A stretch of DNA of 64,000 nt. Origin: Octopus sinensis. Its lineage: Eukaryota. Both the position numbers and the translations under genes were made by a program. This document shows positions 40,501 through 50,600 of this stretch, piece after piece (the first letter of the stretch is position 1; each line of letters starts with the position of its first letter). The stretch is taken from NCBI RefSeq assembly GCF_006345805.1, contig NC_043000.1, positions 150,412,001 to 150,476,000 on the forward strand. Reading direction: 5' to 3'. The notes beneath the pieces are model-generated. The model searched no databases, was not told where the DNA came from, and saw nothing but the letters and a program-made list of their open reading frames with translations.

Positions 40501-43500
40501 TGGGATAAAACATTACTTGTTGCTTCATTAACATTGGCAGTTGAGGATGCTTCATTAACAAACATGGCATCTATAAATAAACAAATACATATTAATTTAA
40601 CAATTACTTTTGTGAACTAAAAAGAAACATGCAAACTTCTGCTTAAATATACTGTAGTGTATATGACATACAACTTTGTACTTTTGCCATGGAGTAAATA
40701 ACTATCCATTTTTGACTGACTCAAGAACATAGTAGAATAATTGAAGCGAATGAGTAGAATTAGGCTTAGCAAAAGAGAGCTTACAGAAATAGGTAGGAAA
40801 AAAAAAGCCATTCAAAAAACCTAAACTAATGCAACACTTTAAGAAGTTGCTGATTCAGGGACATCATTTGTGTTGAATTATTGTCAATTTTCAAGCTCCA
40901 AAGAGGCAACCATATTATGAAAAATTTTTCGGCCATGACCAACCTGTGTTTATTTTTCAAAAAGTTTGACCCAGATCACATTATCAAATTTGCCCTTTTG
41001 AAGATACAAGTTCATTCTGTGAGTTATTGTTTAGTCTTAGGTTAACCCTCATCAAAGTCATTCCAGGAAAGGATATTATATTATATAATCTTAGAAACAC
41101 CAAAAAGATTCAGGTCATCTTTTAGGAACATCTATGACTGTGTCAAATAATGATGTTTCCTCCCTTAACCCTTTAGTGTTCAAATTACTCTGTCAAATGT
41201 AAAACTTATTTATTCATATTGTTTTGAATTAATGATGTATTGTCTCATAACTTTGAGAGTTTGATGCTGTTATTGTCTATTTTTAGAATGGCATTGTAGG
41301 GTAGGTGTGAGAGGTTAGATCAGACCAGTTTGAACATAAAACATAAGAAATATCTCGGCCAGATATGGCCGGTTTAAACACCAGAGGGTTAAGAGAGTAG
41401 GGTATGATTTAAGGGTGATTTGGCTGCAGTTTCTAGCAAAGTGAGCCACCATGCAGAGGTACACTTGCTCTATTCTGTCCAAAACTTTTCTAATATATAA
41501 GCTAAAGATATTTCTCAATTCATATAGAGTATTGGATTATCTGCAGGTAACTTTAGAACAGAGGTCATCCACTACTAGTTCATTGTACTGATTTATAATG
41601 GTTTTCATCCCTACATGTACTCAGGTACCAAAATCACTGATATGTTTGCAGCTACATGATAGCATTGTGAACAGAGTTGAAATGATAACAAAAGTTTAGA
41701 GTAGCATTTAGGAGTGATTAAATTTGTGTAGGTGGTGTAAATGTCAAAACTAATTTATGATTATACGACGTAAGCATGAAATGTGAAAGGATATGAGATA
41801 TGAATTATCTAGCAAAAAGATGGGAATATGAAAACAGTAATTTGGATAAAAATGTTGAGTTGGTAGTTGATAGCTAACAAATTTAGGGTTTACATAAGCA
41901 AAGGAAGGCCATTGCTGAGATTCTTTGTATTATATCAAAATTAACTCTAAGAAATGACTTATTAAATTAGATCAAAATTAGTAGTGCTAACTTAAGCCCC
42001 CCACCTTTTAAAAAATTTTTTTCTAGCTCTCTCTCTCTTACTTGTTTCAGTCATTTGACTGTGGCCATGCTGGAGCACCGCCTTTAGTCGAGCAAATTGA
42101 CCCCGGGACTTATTCTTTGTAAGCCCAGTACTTATTCTATTGGTCTCTTTTGCTGAACTGCTTTATTTTAGCCATCAGTAAGGATTTCAAGATTGGATTC
42201 TGCAGACGGCTTCTGTACAAAAACATAGTCATGAAACAAAGACCTGCAAAAGTTTCAAAGGCCTAGGGACAATATTGTCACTTTCTTCTACCATACAAGT
42301 CAGTTTCACTATTTGCTTAATTTCTCAACATCGTCCTTATTCTTATATTTTGCAGACATTTTAAAAAATTCTTTTACATAACTTAAGACTGTCTGAAATT
42401 AATTCCTTCATATTAATTTTACCTTGGTTTTATATATTAATATTTGCTTTCAAACTTTTTTAAAGCAAATTTGAGTGGAAACTATTAACATACAAGCTTA
42501 GAACTAAAATTAAGAATTCATTTATTTTTATAATTACTTGGGAAAGCAATTTATATATTTTAATTTTTCTGAAAATGATGTCATCATCATTTAACGTTTG
42601 TTTCCCATTGTGGCATCAAGAAAAAAAATTTTATTCTAGAAAGTACACAAGAGGGTTTATGTTTAGATTCAGTTCTGTAGGGAGAGTACATGGGACTGGA
42701 AGAGATTTTATAAAATTGCTTTGAGAATTGTAAGAAAAAATTCAATCAACACTGATAACTGGTATGTCTAAATTTACATGAGATCATCATCATCGTTTAA
42801 CGTCCGCTTTCCATGCTAGCATGGGTTGGACGATTTTGACTGAGGGCTGGCTGCACCAGGCTCCAATCTTGATCTGGCAGTTTCTACAGCTGGATGCCCT
42901 TCCTAATGCCAACCACTCCGAGAGTGTAGTGGGTGCTTTTTGCGTGCCACCAATATTGGTAGTAAAAGTAATGTTGTATGTTTGTACCATTTCAAAGTAA
43001 TAGTGTTTTGATAAAATACTATTTTGTCCTTGCCTGTCTATTGTTTGAACCAGATATCTATAATGCATCCCTTTTGGTTTTTACATATTTGATGTGAAAC
43101 TACTTGTACCCGAGCCAACCAAAGATATGTGAGGATTTGGGAGAAGGAAACTGAAAGAAGCCTGTCGTATACATTCAAACATACATATATGTATTTATGT
43201 CTTCTTGTTTTGACATTGTGTGACAGTTGTAAATAAGTGCCACTGTTGTACAAGCATTTCCAAGATTTCGCGAACTCATGTCTGGCCATGGGGAAACATT
43301 ACATTGTTAGGAAACAGGCGAGGGTTGGCGACATGGGCATCCGGTCGTAGAAAATCTGCCTCAATAAACTCTGTCCAATATATGCAAGCATGGAAAAGTG
43401 GACGCTAAAACGACAACACACACACAAAGGTCATAAATTTGTGAAAGAAAAAGTGGAATGACAGGTTATGACAGTAATGTAATGAGCAAAGGTTTGTGCA

Positions 43501-45218
43501 TCAAGGCAGTGTGGATGCAGTTGATCAGGAGTTAGTAATTTTATGGAAATTAAGTTTGTGATAGTAGCAATACAAGCTCAGTGTGAATTGGAGAAATGTT
43601 AATGAATGTCCTCAATAATAAACGAGTATTTAAATGTTGTATATTGTGAAGAATAGGAACAAGTTTTGCAGGATATAATGCCTGTGGGCTTGGGATCTGG
43701 CACCTTCAGTTACTGCAAAAAAAGTAATATTAATTAATACTCTGCAGTTATGAGCAGACGACGATGTGGAATGAATGAATTTTGTAATTTTAAAATTAGA
43801 AAGACACGTAAAAATGATTAGTTTTTATTTACATTATTTCTTAATTCCTTTATAAGCGTGTCAATAAGTACAATTATTCAACGCCTTTAATTACAAACCA
43901 GCGTGAGGGCCTTTTGGCTTTTTACGTAGTATCTCACCTGTTACATATGTCAACTGAATCTTGCTCAAAACACCCACTAAATAATAAAGTAACCCCACAA
44001 AAAAGACCGGTCATAGATGGAAAGCCTTTGATCAGAGAGGGTCGCGCGATCAAGATTGAACCGGGTTGAATACATAAACTTTAAGCCTATTTTTTTAGTG
44101 TTATATTTGAAACCTATCTGGTGAATTTATACTGTAAAATAAAATGTAACTTTAATATGATTTTAATTCATTAAATCCTAAAAGTCATATGTTCAAGTTT
44201 TTATTTAGTAAATTATCTTTATGTCACAATTTGTTGAGTCATTTACTCATTGCTAACAAAACTGGAACATAGTCCAAATAATTAAATATTTCAGCAGAAG
44301 TACGAAGTATATGTATATCTAATTAATTTAATTAGGCAGTATAAAGTTCTAACGCATTGTATATAGTTTGCGTAGGATGAAATAAATACAATAACATGAA
44401 CTCGGAATAAAGACAAACTTTCAAGGTCACTTATCAATAGAATCAAATCGCTGTACTCATTAAAACATAACGATACATTTTGTAATATATCAAGAAATAA
44501 GTGTTTTCCTTTATTTTGATAATCTATGAAACTATTTCTATTGAATTTTCCCCTTTTACAATTTATTTCAACTGATTTTTTAATGATGCAGCATGGATTT
44601 TTGTCAGTGAACAGGTCGCGGATTTTAGCGACGAAAATATTTTGACAAATTAAACTTAAATGTTGAAGTGAATCGAACGGCTTTTGTGTGTTTCTTAAAT
44701 GGCTTACAAACACCTTCCACGCTGCAATTGATGTGATTTTTTAATGATTTTCGTTGAATATAAAAAAAAAAGATACACAGAGTAAATGATTTTACAGAGT
44801 AGATCCGTTTTATATTCAATGATAAGTTAACAAAATCGTGTGAAAGAAGTGAAATGTTATAAAATATATGCATCATGTGGTGTAATATATTAAGAAATAA
44901 GTGTTTTCCTTTATTTTGATAATCTATGAAACTATTTGTACTGAATTTTCCCCTTTTACAATTTATTTTTTAATGATTTTCGTTGAATATAAAACAAAAA
45001 GATACACAGAGTAAATGATTTTACAGAGTAGATCCGTTTTATATTCGATGATAATTAAACAAAATCGTATGAAAGAAGTTAAAAAAAGAAGTGAAACGGG
45101 CAAATCGCCGTCAAATGTTATAAAATATATGCATCATGTGGTGGTATCAGACCTTAGTTTGCCGGCAAACAACAAAGAGAAGCCTTGACGAAGTTGAGAA
45201 ACTTAACGAAGCTGCCAT
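7339..45218 (-). CDS. MRPL45: Mitochondrial ribosomal protein L45 (mL45), 5' part; join(45153-45218, 40445-40570, 37801-37936, 18676-18740, 11381-11532, 7339-7393); 200 codons, 3' exons not found in window
   Basis: Six GT-AG exons join in one frame (600 nt). The translation contains KHYNPKFRKERRRKFLK-IDLPDF, PPRSHEERPINISSTGGIFESFVPPEGDG, GAKQRF..EKKGKSF..LRKIK and DRLHELVTERAYP, matching mL45 motifs recalled from Drosophila and human. Confidence 0.9.
7430..8085. repeat. Long (TA)n microsatellite
   Basis: Other tracts at 5925-6345, 6620-6718, 14020-14360, 29695-29800, 45500-45540, 54895-54945. Confidence 0.95.
8085..9618 (+). mobile_element. Compound array of RTE 3' UTR segments ending in a single (GAT)n tail
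   Basis: Three or more tandem partial copies with internal 33-39 bp and about 60 bp subrepeats. Confidence 0.8.
10327..11290 (+). pseudogene. Degenerate Tc1/mariner transposase (DUF4817-type N-terminus, rosa-like)
   Basis: TA|CAGGGTG left end. From 10457 MALW..NNESVTAVQ.EF..HF; later DEAHFHLNG.VNQQNC.YW and WLQQDGAT.HTA. Stops and frameshifts; truncated. Confidence 0.8.
11381..11532 (-). CDS. MRPL45: MRPL45 coding exon 5 (GAKQRFSGLEKKGKSF...EAQTLLQ)
   Basis: Acceptor TTTTTCATTTCAG, donor AGA|GTAAGT, 152 nt, phase 0-2. Confidence 0.92.
14358..14900 (+). pseudogene. Mariner remnant
   Basis: TA|TGAGG end; KFMPKLLSADQ..N.VSVAQDLFD fragment. Confidence 0.6.
18676..18740 (-). CDS. MRPL45: MRPL45 coding exon 4 (G-GIFESFVPPEGDGVSTLISSE)
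   Basis: Acceptor CTTTTTTTCAG, donor GAG|GTAATT, 65 nt, hallmark VPPEGDG motif. Confidence 0.93.
19165..19553 (-). mobile_element. Third tRNA-derived SINE family of about 390 bp
   Basis: Minus-strand head GGCGCAATGGCCCAGTGGTTAGG..GGTTTCGATTCCC; near-identical copy at 31945-32322. Confidence 0.8.
20050..20460 (-). mobile_element. Older SINE with OR-like head and RTE-like (GAT)n tail
   Basis: Head resembles the OR-like SINE; tail resembles the RTE core. Related copies at about 13790-14000, 43090-43410 and 62050-62350. Confidence 0.55.
23860..24410 (-). pseudogene. L1/Tx1-like ORF2 C-terminal remnant
   Basis: RCAQSNKTILHALVHCPSIADLW, a degenerate C..C....ET..H....C zinc knuckle. Confidence 0.6.
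25632..26035 (+). mobile_element. tRNA-derived SINE of about 400 bp with CORE-like centre, internal (TA/TG)n and GAGTAAAA tail (octopus OR-like; name not verified)
   Basis: A box TGGTTGTGTGG, B box GGTTCAGTCCC. Other copies: 15200-15596(-), 18229-18614(+), 22111-22434(+), 33536-33937(+), 36484-36855(+), 37347-37763(-), 38029-38430(+), 48082-48462(+); fragments 11944-12112 and 42035-42163. Confidence 0.85.
26255..26585 (+). pseudogene. R4/Dong-like non-LTR RT fragment
   Basis: MDD.KLYSKND....LLTTVK..SND..MEF.LDK; a possibly related fragment lies at 24470-24625. Confidence 0.55.
28266..28965 (-). mobile_element. 5'-truncated RTE-clade LINE: end of RT ORF plus 3' UTR
   Basis: ORF 28553-28825 has RRLHWYGHVTRM..GRGRPRKTW..VKHDL..L..DRDLW, typical of an RTE ORF C-terminus. 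It continues into the same 3' UTR seen in many short copies. Confidence 0.88.
29018..29693 (-). mobile_element. RTE 3' end, variant subfamily with internal tandem duplication of about 185 bp
   Basis: (CAT)n at the left end; 29340-29525 is repeated at 29525-29693. Confidence 0.8.
30300..31030 (+). pseudogene. Highly degenerate LINE RT remnant interrupted by MITE B
   Basis: KKG..SD.INY.P and IALDISKPFDHV.H motifs. Confidence 0.55.
31166..31463. repeat. 16-bp minisatellite (AGTTTATCTTAAACCT), about 18 copies
   Basis: Near-perfect period of 16. Confidence 0.95.
32376..32722 (+). mobile_element. Fourth tRNA-headed SINE (degenerate)
   Basis: A box TGGCTCAGTGG, B-box-like GTTTGATTCC, then TTCTTGAGCAAGACACTT; related copy at about 16190-16490. 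Confidence 0.6.
33990..34800 (+). pseudogene. Internally deleted mariner remnant interrupted by an RTE tail
   Basis: FCVKLG, GQTINKEY.VEVL..F..RL, W.LHN.PVH, LFPKLKE.L, FTK.QE..NKC..V.GSY.EGD fragments. Confidence 0.7.
35539..35990 (-). mobile_element. RTE LINE 3' end
   Basis: Same family. Shorter copies lie at about 955-1116, 5578-5782, 13643-13722, 15020-15180, 17768-18044, 21345-21503, 24800-24955, 27490-27700, 32985-33305, 34303-34532, 34804-35040, 39115-39425, 39955-40437, 42784-42952, 49608-49752, 50222-50510, 51745-52083 and 58852-59042. Confidence 0.85.
36484..36855 (+). mobile_element. OR-like SINE flanked by a 155-bp direct repeat
   Basis: Same family as 25632; flanks 36329-36483 and 36856-37010. 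Confidence 0.85.
37801..37936 (-). CDS. MRPL45: MRPL45 coding exon 3 (IDLPDFEK...ERPINISST-G)
   Basis: Acceptor TTTTCTTGTTGAACAG, donor CAG|GTTAGT, 136 nt, phase 0-1. Confidence 0.9.
38667..38894. mobile_element. TTAA-flanked MITE family B of about 230 bp
   Basis: TIR TTAACCCTTTAGTGTT; copies at 40191-40420, 41165-41392, 61447-61676; partial 30610-30807 and 38895-39090. Confidence 0.8.
40445..40570 (-). CDS. MRPL45: MRPL45 coding exon 2 (MPCLLMK...KHYNPKFRKERRRKFLK)
   Basis: Acceptor TTTATTTATAG, donor AAG|GTAAAA, 126 nt, phase 0-0, conserved KH.NPKF motif. Confidence 0.88.
44597..44735. repeat. Dispersed repeat shared with 57673-57806, inside a TE-like block (44330-45140) with local duplications
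   Basis: About 135 bp near-identical at two loci; 44480-44580 is repeated at 44885-44965 and 44740-44880 at 44965-45140. Confidence 0.7.
45153..45218 (-). CDS. MRPL45: MRPL45 coding exon 1, MAASLSFSTSSRLLFVVCRQTK (mitochondrial presequence-like)
   Basis: ATG in strong context (CCAAGATGG). Ser/Arg-rich peptide with no acidic residues. Donor AAG|GTCTGA at 45152, phase 0, fits the next exon. Confidence 0.8.
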
Positions 45219-45299
45219 CTTGGTGAGTGTGTTTGTGTTTGAGTGTGAGTGTGAGACGAGGTTTGGTGGTGAAAGCGAGGCTCGCTCGAGAAGTTGGTG

Positions 45300-45351
45300 C
45301 GAGAATTGATTCAGTCAGATTCTGAGAGGAAAGGAGATAAGAAACTCTAAG
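45300..45351 (+). other. Putative non-coding first exon of BZW (start unknown)
   Basis: Consensus donor at 45352. Splicing to 47583 puts an in-frame TAA 7 codons upstream of the ATG and adds no uAUG. Confidence 0.55.
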
Positions 45352-45497
45352 GTGAGTGTCTTCACTTGAAACAAAAAAAAATTTATTTCTTCATTCATCT
45401 CTGGACCAAACAACCAACCACCAACACATACATATCAATTAGATGTTTATCTAAGCTAGATTATAATATAAATAAATCCAAAATCTGCTGCTCAACG

Positions 45498-45544
<47 letters not shown>

Positions 45545-47415
45545 CCATCCATCATCGCAGATAAAAAATAAATAATTTCCTGCCTGCTTTTTTTTACGTA
45601 AATCAGAAACGATTTCGTTCCGGCATTCGACAGACGGGAGGAAGCGAAACTCCTTTTTCCTCCTTTAAAAAAAACTCACCACATTTCTTTCAATATCTGC
45701 TGTTTTCTCTGCTAACAGACGAAGCAACAAACTCTACAGTAACCAGGTATTATCACCATTACCCTATTCCTATTAATTTTTATTTCAAACCATTATGTTT
45801 TTCCCATCCTTTTCCACACAAAATGCCAACCGAGTCTTGTCATTTTTTTCCTCTCTTTAGAAAGGGATTTCGACATTTCCCGTTCGTCCACTTTTGCCAG
45901 CCGCCATTTACTCTCGTTTTTCATAACGTACATACATATATATATTTTACCAGTATTTTTCCTCTGTAAATTTGTAAAAACCCGTACACTTAATTGCTTG
46001 AGAACTTTACCCATTTGCAATCTGTAGCTTCTTTGTCCAAATTTTTTTGCAGTTTCACTGGATTTTATGCCCGTTTTTATTCCGCACATTTCTGAGAGAG
46101 TTTACTCCGTAAATCTCCCTCTTTCTGTTTTATTCGATAGTCATTGAGCAAGAAAAAACATTAGACATTATTTCAAAGTAGGTATTTATCTTGTTTTCCC
46201 GTCAATTCCAGGCGAATCGAGAGTCTTTCTTCTCTCGTCTCTCCACTTTTACCCGAATGGCCGCCTGCTGCACTGCTACACTCTGCTGCTAGTTCGAGTA
46301 ATTTAATATCGCCTTTTATTCAGGCAATTATCTGACTAATTGAAGATAAATTTCTCTTCCTACCTGTGTCTCATTTCCTTTATTAATGTCTCACGGCTGC
46401 ACCAAGACCTTTACCTTTATCCTGAATGTTCTGCCATAAACATTTTTTTTCTCCTTCACTTTTTGACACAGTTCAGACCGGATGAGACGAGAGAAAGGAA
46501 GGAAGCACGCTGTTTGAGAGACAGAAAAAGACCATAAAAAAGAAGCTAAAACCGACATAATTCCTTTATTTTAAGATTATACTGTCACTCAGTCGTTGTC
46601 ATCTTAATCTTAAATCATCAGTCGAAGTGTATCGGACTGAAATATGTCATCATTTCTGGTTTTAGCTACAGAAATTGCTGCATTTTTGTAGAAGACTGGG
46701 TTCTGATAAATGATAAGTCAGCGTGTTACAAGTTGTCCATGAAGGAACAAATCATGGGCAATCATGAATCCCACTGGCAACAAAAAACCCACCCATTTAG
46801 ACAGACTTCAAGACTTTCCTCTGTATAGAAAGGACGATGATGATCTTCACTATTCTTTCCTGTTTTTTAATTGTCACAAACTAGAAAAGAAATATCTCAC
46901 ACACGATTTGTGCAATTTCCTCTTTTGCTGCAATGGGACATTTTATTTTTAAACTGACCTATATTCAAAGCCGAGAGAGTGTCTCGAGATAACAAAAATA
47001 AATACATAAAAACCACTTGCTTCGCTTGTTCATTGTTTATTATACTATATTATATACACACCAGAAATTTTGATCGTTTCATTGGTGTTTTTCCTTATAT
47101 ACGCCTTAATTTTTTTCATGTAACTCAGAAAGTATGTTCTAGTCCACACCTTGTTTCGGTTAACCTTTTGTATATTATTTCATATTTCATTGGCACAGAA
47201 GAAGCCCCAACATTTCAGCACCAAATAAACTTTAAATTTGTACATTAATCTTATTTTAGTTTTGGTTTTGATGTTAACTTGCGAAAGTTTTAGTTTAGTT
47301 TTTGTATTTCTTTGTCAGTTTCGCTTAAATTAGTCAATCACCCATTTTTCCCCTTACTCTACGATTCACAAGATTTTTAAATCCTTCAATTTCTGTGTTA
47401 CTTGCTACCCGAAAT

Positions 47416-47456
<41 letters not shown>

Positions 47457-47589
47457 TATTTGTTTCTTCTGTGTGATAAACATTTTGCATTGTTTTTATA
47501 AGCTTTTGTATCAACCACAGACTATATATATAGTCTGCCTAATGACTTACGTGATTACTAGTTTAAAATTATTTTATTGCAGCATTTTT

Positions 47590-47650
47590 ATGAGTCAGAA
47601 GGCCCCAAAACCCATATTGTCAGGCCAGCGGCTGAAGACTAGAAAGAGGG
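47590..47650 (+). CDS. BZW1/2: BZW coding exon 1 ([20 protein letters not shown])
   Basis: Acceptor at 47581-47582, 7-nt UTR, then ATG; donor GT at 47651. Confidence 0.93.
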
Positions 47651-50600
47651 GTAAAGTTTGATTTTGATTCTTAAAAATGTCTAATTGTCCTTATAATTGG
47701 TTTGGCTTCTTGATAATATCTGGAAACTAATTTCCAAGATTCTGCAAGTTTCGTCATATATTCTAAGTGCTATTTTATAATTTGCCCCCTTTTTTTTTTC
47801 CTTTGCTAGATGAAAAAGAAAAATACGATCCTTCATCGTTTCGTGATGCCATTATTTTAGGCCTGAATGAGTGTTCAAATGATTTAGAGCAGGTAAGAGT
47901 TGTATTGTTTTTTTTCTATTATTATTATTGAATCAGTCTCTATCCTTTGCTTTTTATACTTCGTTCTCTCAGAATTCTTTCACTTTGGCACCTTTTCTTG
48001 TTACTTTAGTGATTTGTTTAGACGAAAGGCTTGTAAATTATAACTCCAGTTGAAAGGATAATTTTCCATATTTTTGTGCATAGAGTGGCTGTGTTGGTAA
48101 GTAGCTTGTTTACCAACCACATGGTTTCGGGTTCAGTCCCACTGCGTGGCATCTTGGTCAAGTGTCTTCTGCTATAGCCTCGGGCCGACCAAAGCCTTGT
48201 GAGTGGATTTGGTAGACGGAAACTGAAAGAAGCCCGTCGTATATATGTATGTGTGTCTGTGTCTGTCCCCTCCCAACATCGATTGACAACCGATGCTGGT
48301 GTGTTTATGTCCCCGTTACTTAGCGGTTCGGCAAAAGAGACCGATAGAATAAGTACTGGGCTTACAAAAGAATAAGACCCGGGGTCGAGTTGCTCGATTA
48401 AAGGCGGTGCTCCAGCATGGCCGCAGTCAAATGACTGAAACAAGTAAAAGAGTAAAGAGAGATATTTGGAGTTGTTATATGCAGTTAAGTATATACACAC
48501 CATGATTATTATGTTTTAAAGTGAGGAACTTCTGTGTGACTTACTGTTACATTAACTTCTTGTTTGAGATCAAATATTCCTTTATTTCAGTTGGTCTGTA
48601 GTCGCTGATATGACTTTGTGGAGTATGTAATATTACTAGTGTTTATATACATCCTATGTCATTTGTCTAGCTATTTAAGACTGATAACTTTCAGTTGTAA
48701 GCTAATTGCCTTCAGAATAAATCTTGCAATAAATTATATATTTCACTAATCTAATAATCTTAATGGCACTTTTACCTTCATATGACATCCTAAATCTTTT
48801 TGAATTTTAGCAAGAAGAAACTCATTCCTATGCTAAATTAGAACTTACACTGATATAAATTCAGTTCTACGAAAGAATACTGAAATTCCACATACTTCAA
48901 TTTAACATTCAGAACTATGTGGTAAAGTGTAGTTACTTTTTTTTATAGACTGATAATATATATAGTAGTCATATATATTTACCACATAGTTCTGAATGTG
49001 GAATTTCAGTATTCTTTTGTAGAACTGAATTTATATCAGTGTAAGTTCTAATTTAGCATAGGAATGAGTTTCTTCTTGCTAAAATTCAAAAAGATATAAG
49101 ATGTCATATGAAGGTAAAAGTGCCATTAGGATTATTAGATTAGTCTATCTATTATCAGTCTATCAGACTTTACATTGATCAGTGGCCCGGTACAATAGTT
49201 GCAGTTCTGATGATTTAAACTGGTGACTGTGACCAATTGTATAGCACTTGGTATACTATGACTCATCAAAAGTTTTTGTTCTTGCCAATCAGTTTTCTGA
49301 TGTAAAGTTGGCTGCCCTATTGTTGCATAACAAGTTTCAGATATAATTATTATTGAGCTAATTACATAGAAAAATTATTTAATTGTAAATGTTTTCTTCA
49401 TAGGTTATTAAGTATCTTGATACTGCTGGTTCACGTCTTGATTACCGTCGTTATGCTGAGGTGCTGTTTGATATCTTATTTACTGGAGGACAATTAGGTA
49501 AGTTTGTTTTATATACTTTTTTTTTATTGAAATTTATCTTGGTGTAAACCTATTCATGATGCAGTATTATGTTGGTAGTGTTTATTTTTAAAAGATACAC
49601 TCGCGGAGTGGTTGGCGTTACGAAGGGCATCCAGCTGTAGAAACACTGCCAGATCAGACTGGAGCCTGGTGCAGCCCCTGGCTTCCCAGACCCCGATCGA
49701 ACCGTCCAACCCATGCTAGCGCGGAAAACGGACATTAAACGATGATGATGATAGTTGTAATTTTGTCATCAAATTGAAGAGTGGATCCCGATTATTGGAT
49801 ATCTATAAATAAACTACACTTTACCACATAGTTCTGAATGTTAAATTGAAGTATGTGGAATTTCAGTATTCTTTTGTAGAACTGAATTTGTATCAGTGTA
49901 AGTTCTAATTTAGCATAGGAATGAGTTTCTTCTTGCTAAAATTCAAAAAGATTTAGGATGTCATATGAAGGTAAAAGTGCCATTAAGATTATTAGATTAG
50001 TGAAATATATAATTTATTGCAGTAGCCATTAATTGACTGGTTTCAATTTGGCTGGATATTGTCTACATTAAGTGCTTCAGTTATATACCATGAATGGTAA
50101 TGAAAGTATGGTACTGTTGTGTGGTTGGGCTTCTTTAGACTGTAGTTATTCATTTGATTGGTGCAGCTGTAACCAATCCTTAATGGAAATTCCATGTGTC
50201 CCTTGTAAGCACATTTACAAACATCATCATCGTTTAACATCCGCTTTCTATGCTAGCATGGGTTGGACGGTTCAACTGGAGTCTGGGAAGCCCGAAGGCT
50301 GCACCAGGTCAGTCAGATCTGGCGGTGTTTCTACAGCTGGATGCCCTTCCTAACACCAACCACTCCGTGAGTGTAGTGGGTGCTTTTTATGTTCCACCGA
50401 CACAGGTGCCAGACGAGGCTGGCGAACAGCTACGCTCGGATGGTGTTTTTTACGTGCCACCTGCACGGAGGCCAGGCGAGGCTGGCATGGCCGCGATCGG
50501 ATGGTGTTTGTTACACTTTGCAATAAATATATTGACTACCTTATATAGCTATAGATTTTTTTTTTTTGCTTTATGTTCTGGAAGAAGAGTCAGTATCCAT

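Larger units (their letters stand above)
45153..45760. promoter_or_regulatory. Shared bidirectional promoter / 5' region of MRPL45 and BZW
   Basis: CpG-enriched and TE-free. YY1-like AAGATGGCAGC overlaps the MRPL45 ATG (minus, 45211-45221). Inr-like TCAGTC at 45311. Perfect plus-strand donor AAG|GTGAGT at 45352. TSSs not determinable from sequence. Confidence 0.6.

Noticed and set aside
40445-40570. Second open frame (AMFVNEASST..) through MRPL45 exon 2
   Set aside because: Stops immediately in exon 3 and lacks mL45 motifs; chance in a short exon.
955-42952. Orientation bias of RTE tails within MRPL45 introns
   Set aside because: Roughly 13 antisense vs 10 sense by my count; not a meaningful skew.
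43938-44014. Minus-strand mini-exon MTGLFCG.. with a good donor CAG|GTGAGA
   Set aside because: Ends in phase 2 and stops 5 codons into MRPL45 exon 2; acidic, unlike a presequence. 45153-45218 fits far better. An alternative non-coding exon is not excluded.
7339-45218. ANKMY2 as the divergent neighbour, by analogy with human BZW2
   Set aside because: The minus-strand exons encode mL45 motifs, not ankyrin or MYND domains.
46560-46860. Possible intronic snoRNA in BZW intron 1
   Set aside because: Only isolated TGATGA or CTGA words, with no correctly spaced C/D pair and terminal stem; would need snoscan or Infernal.
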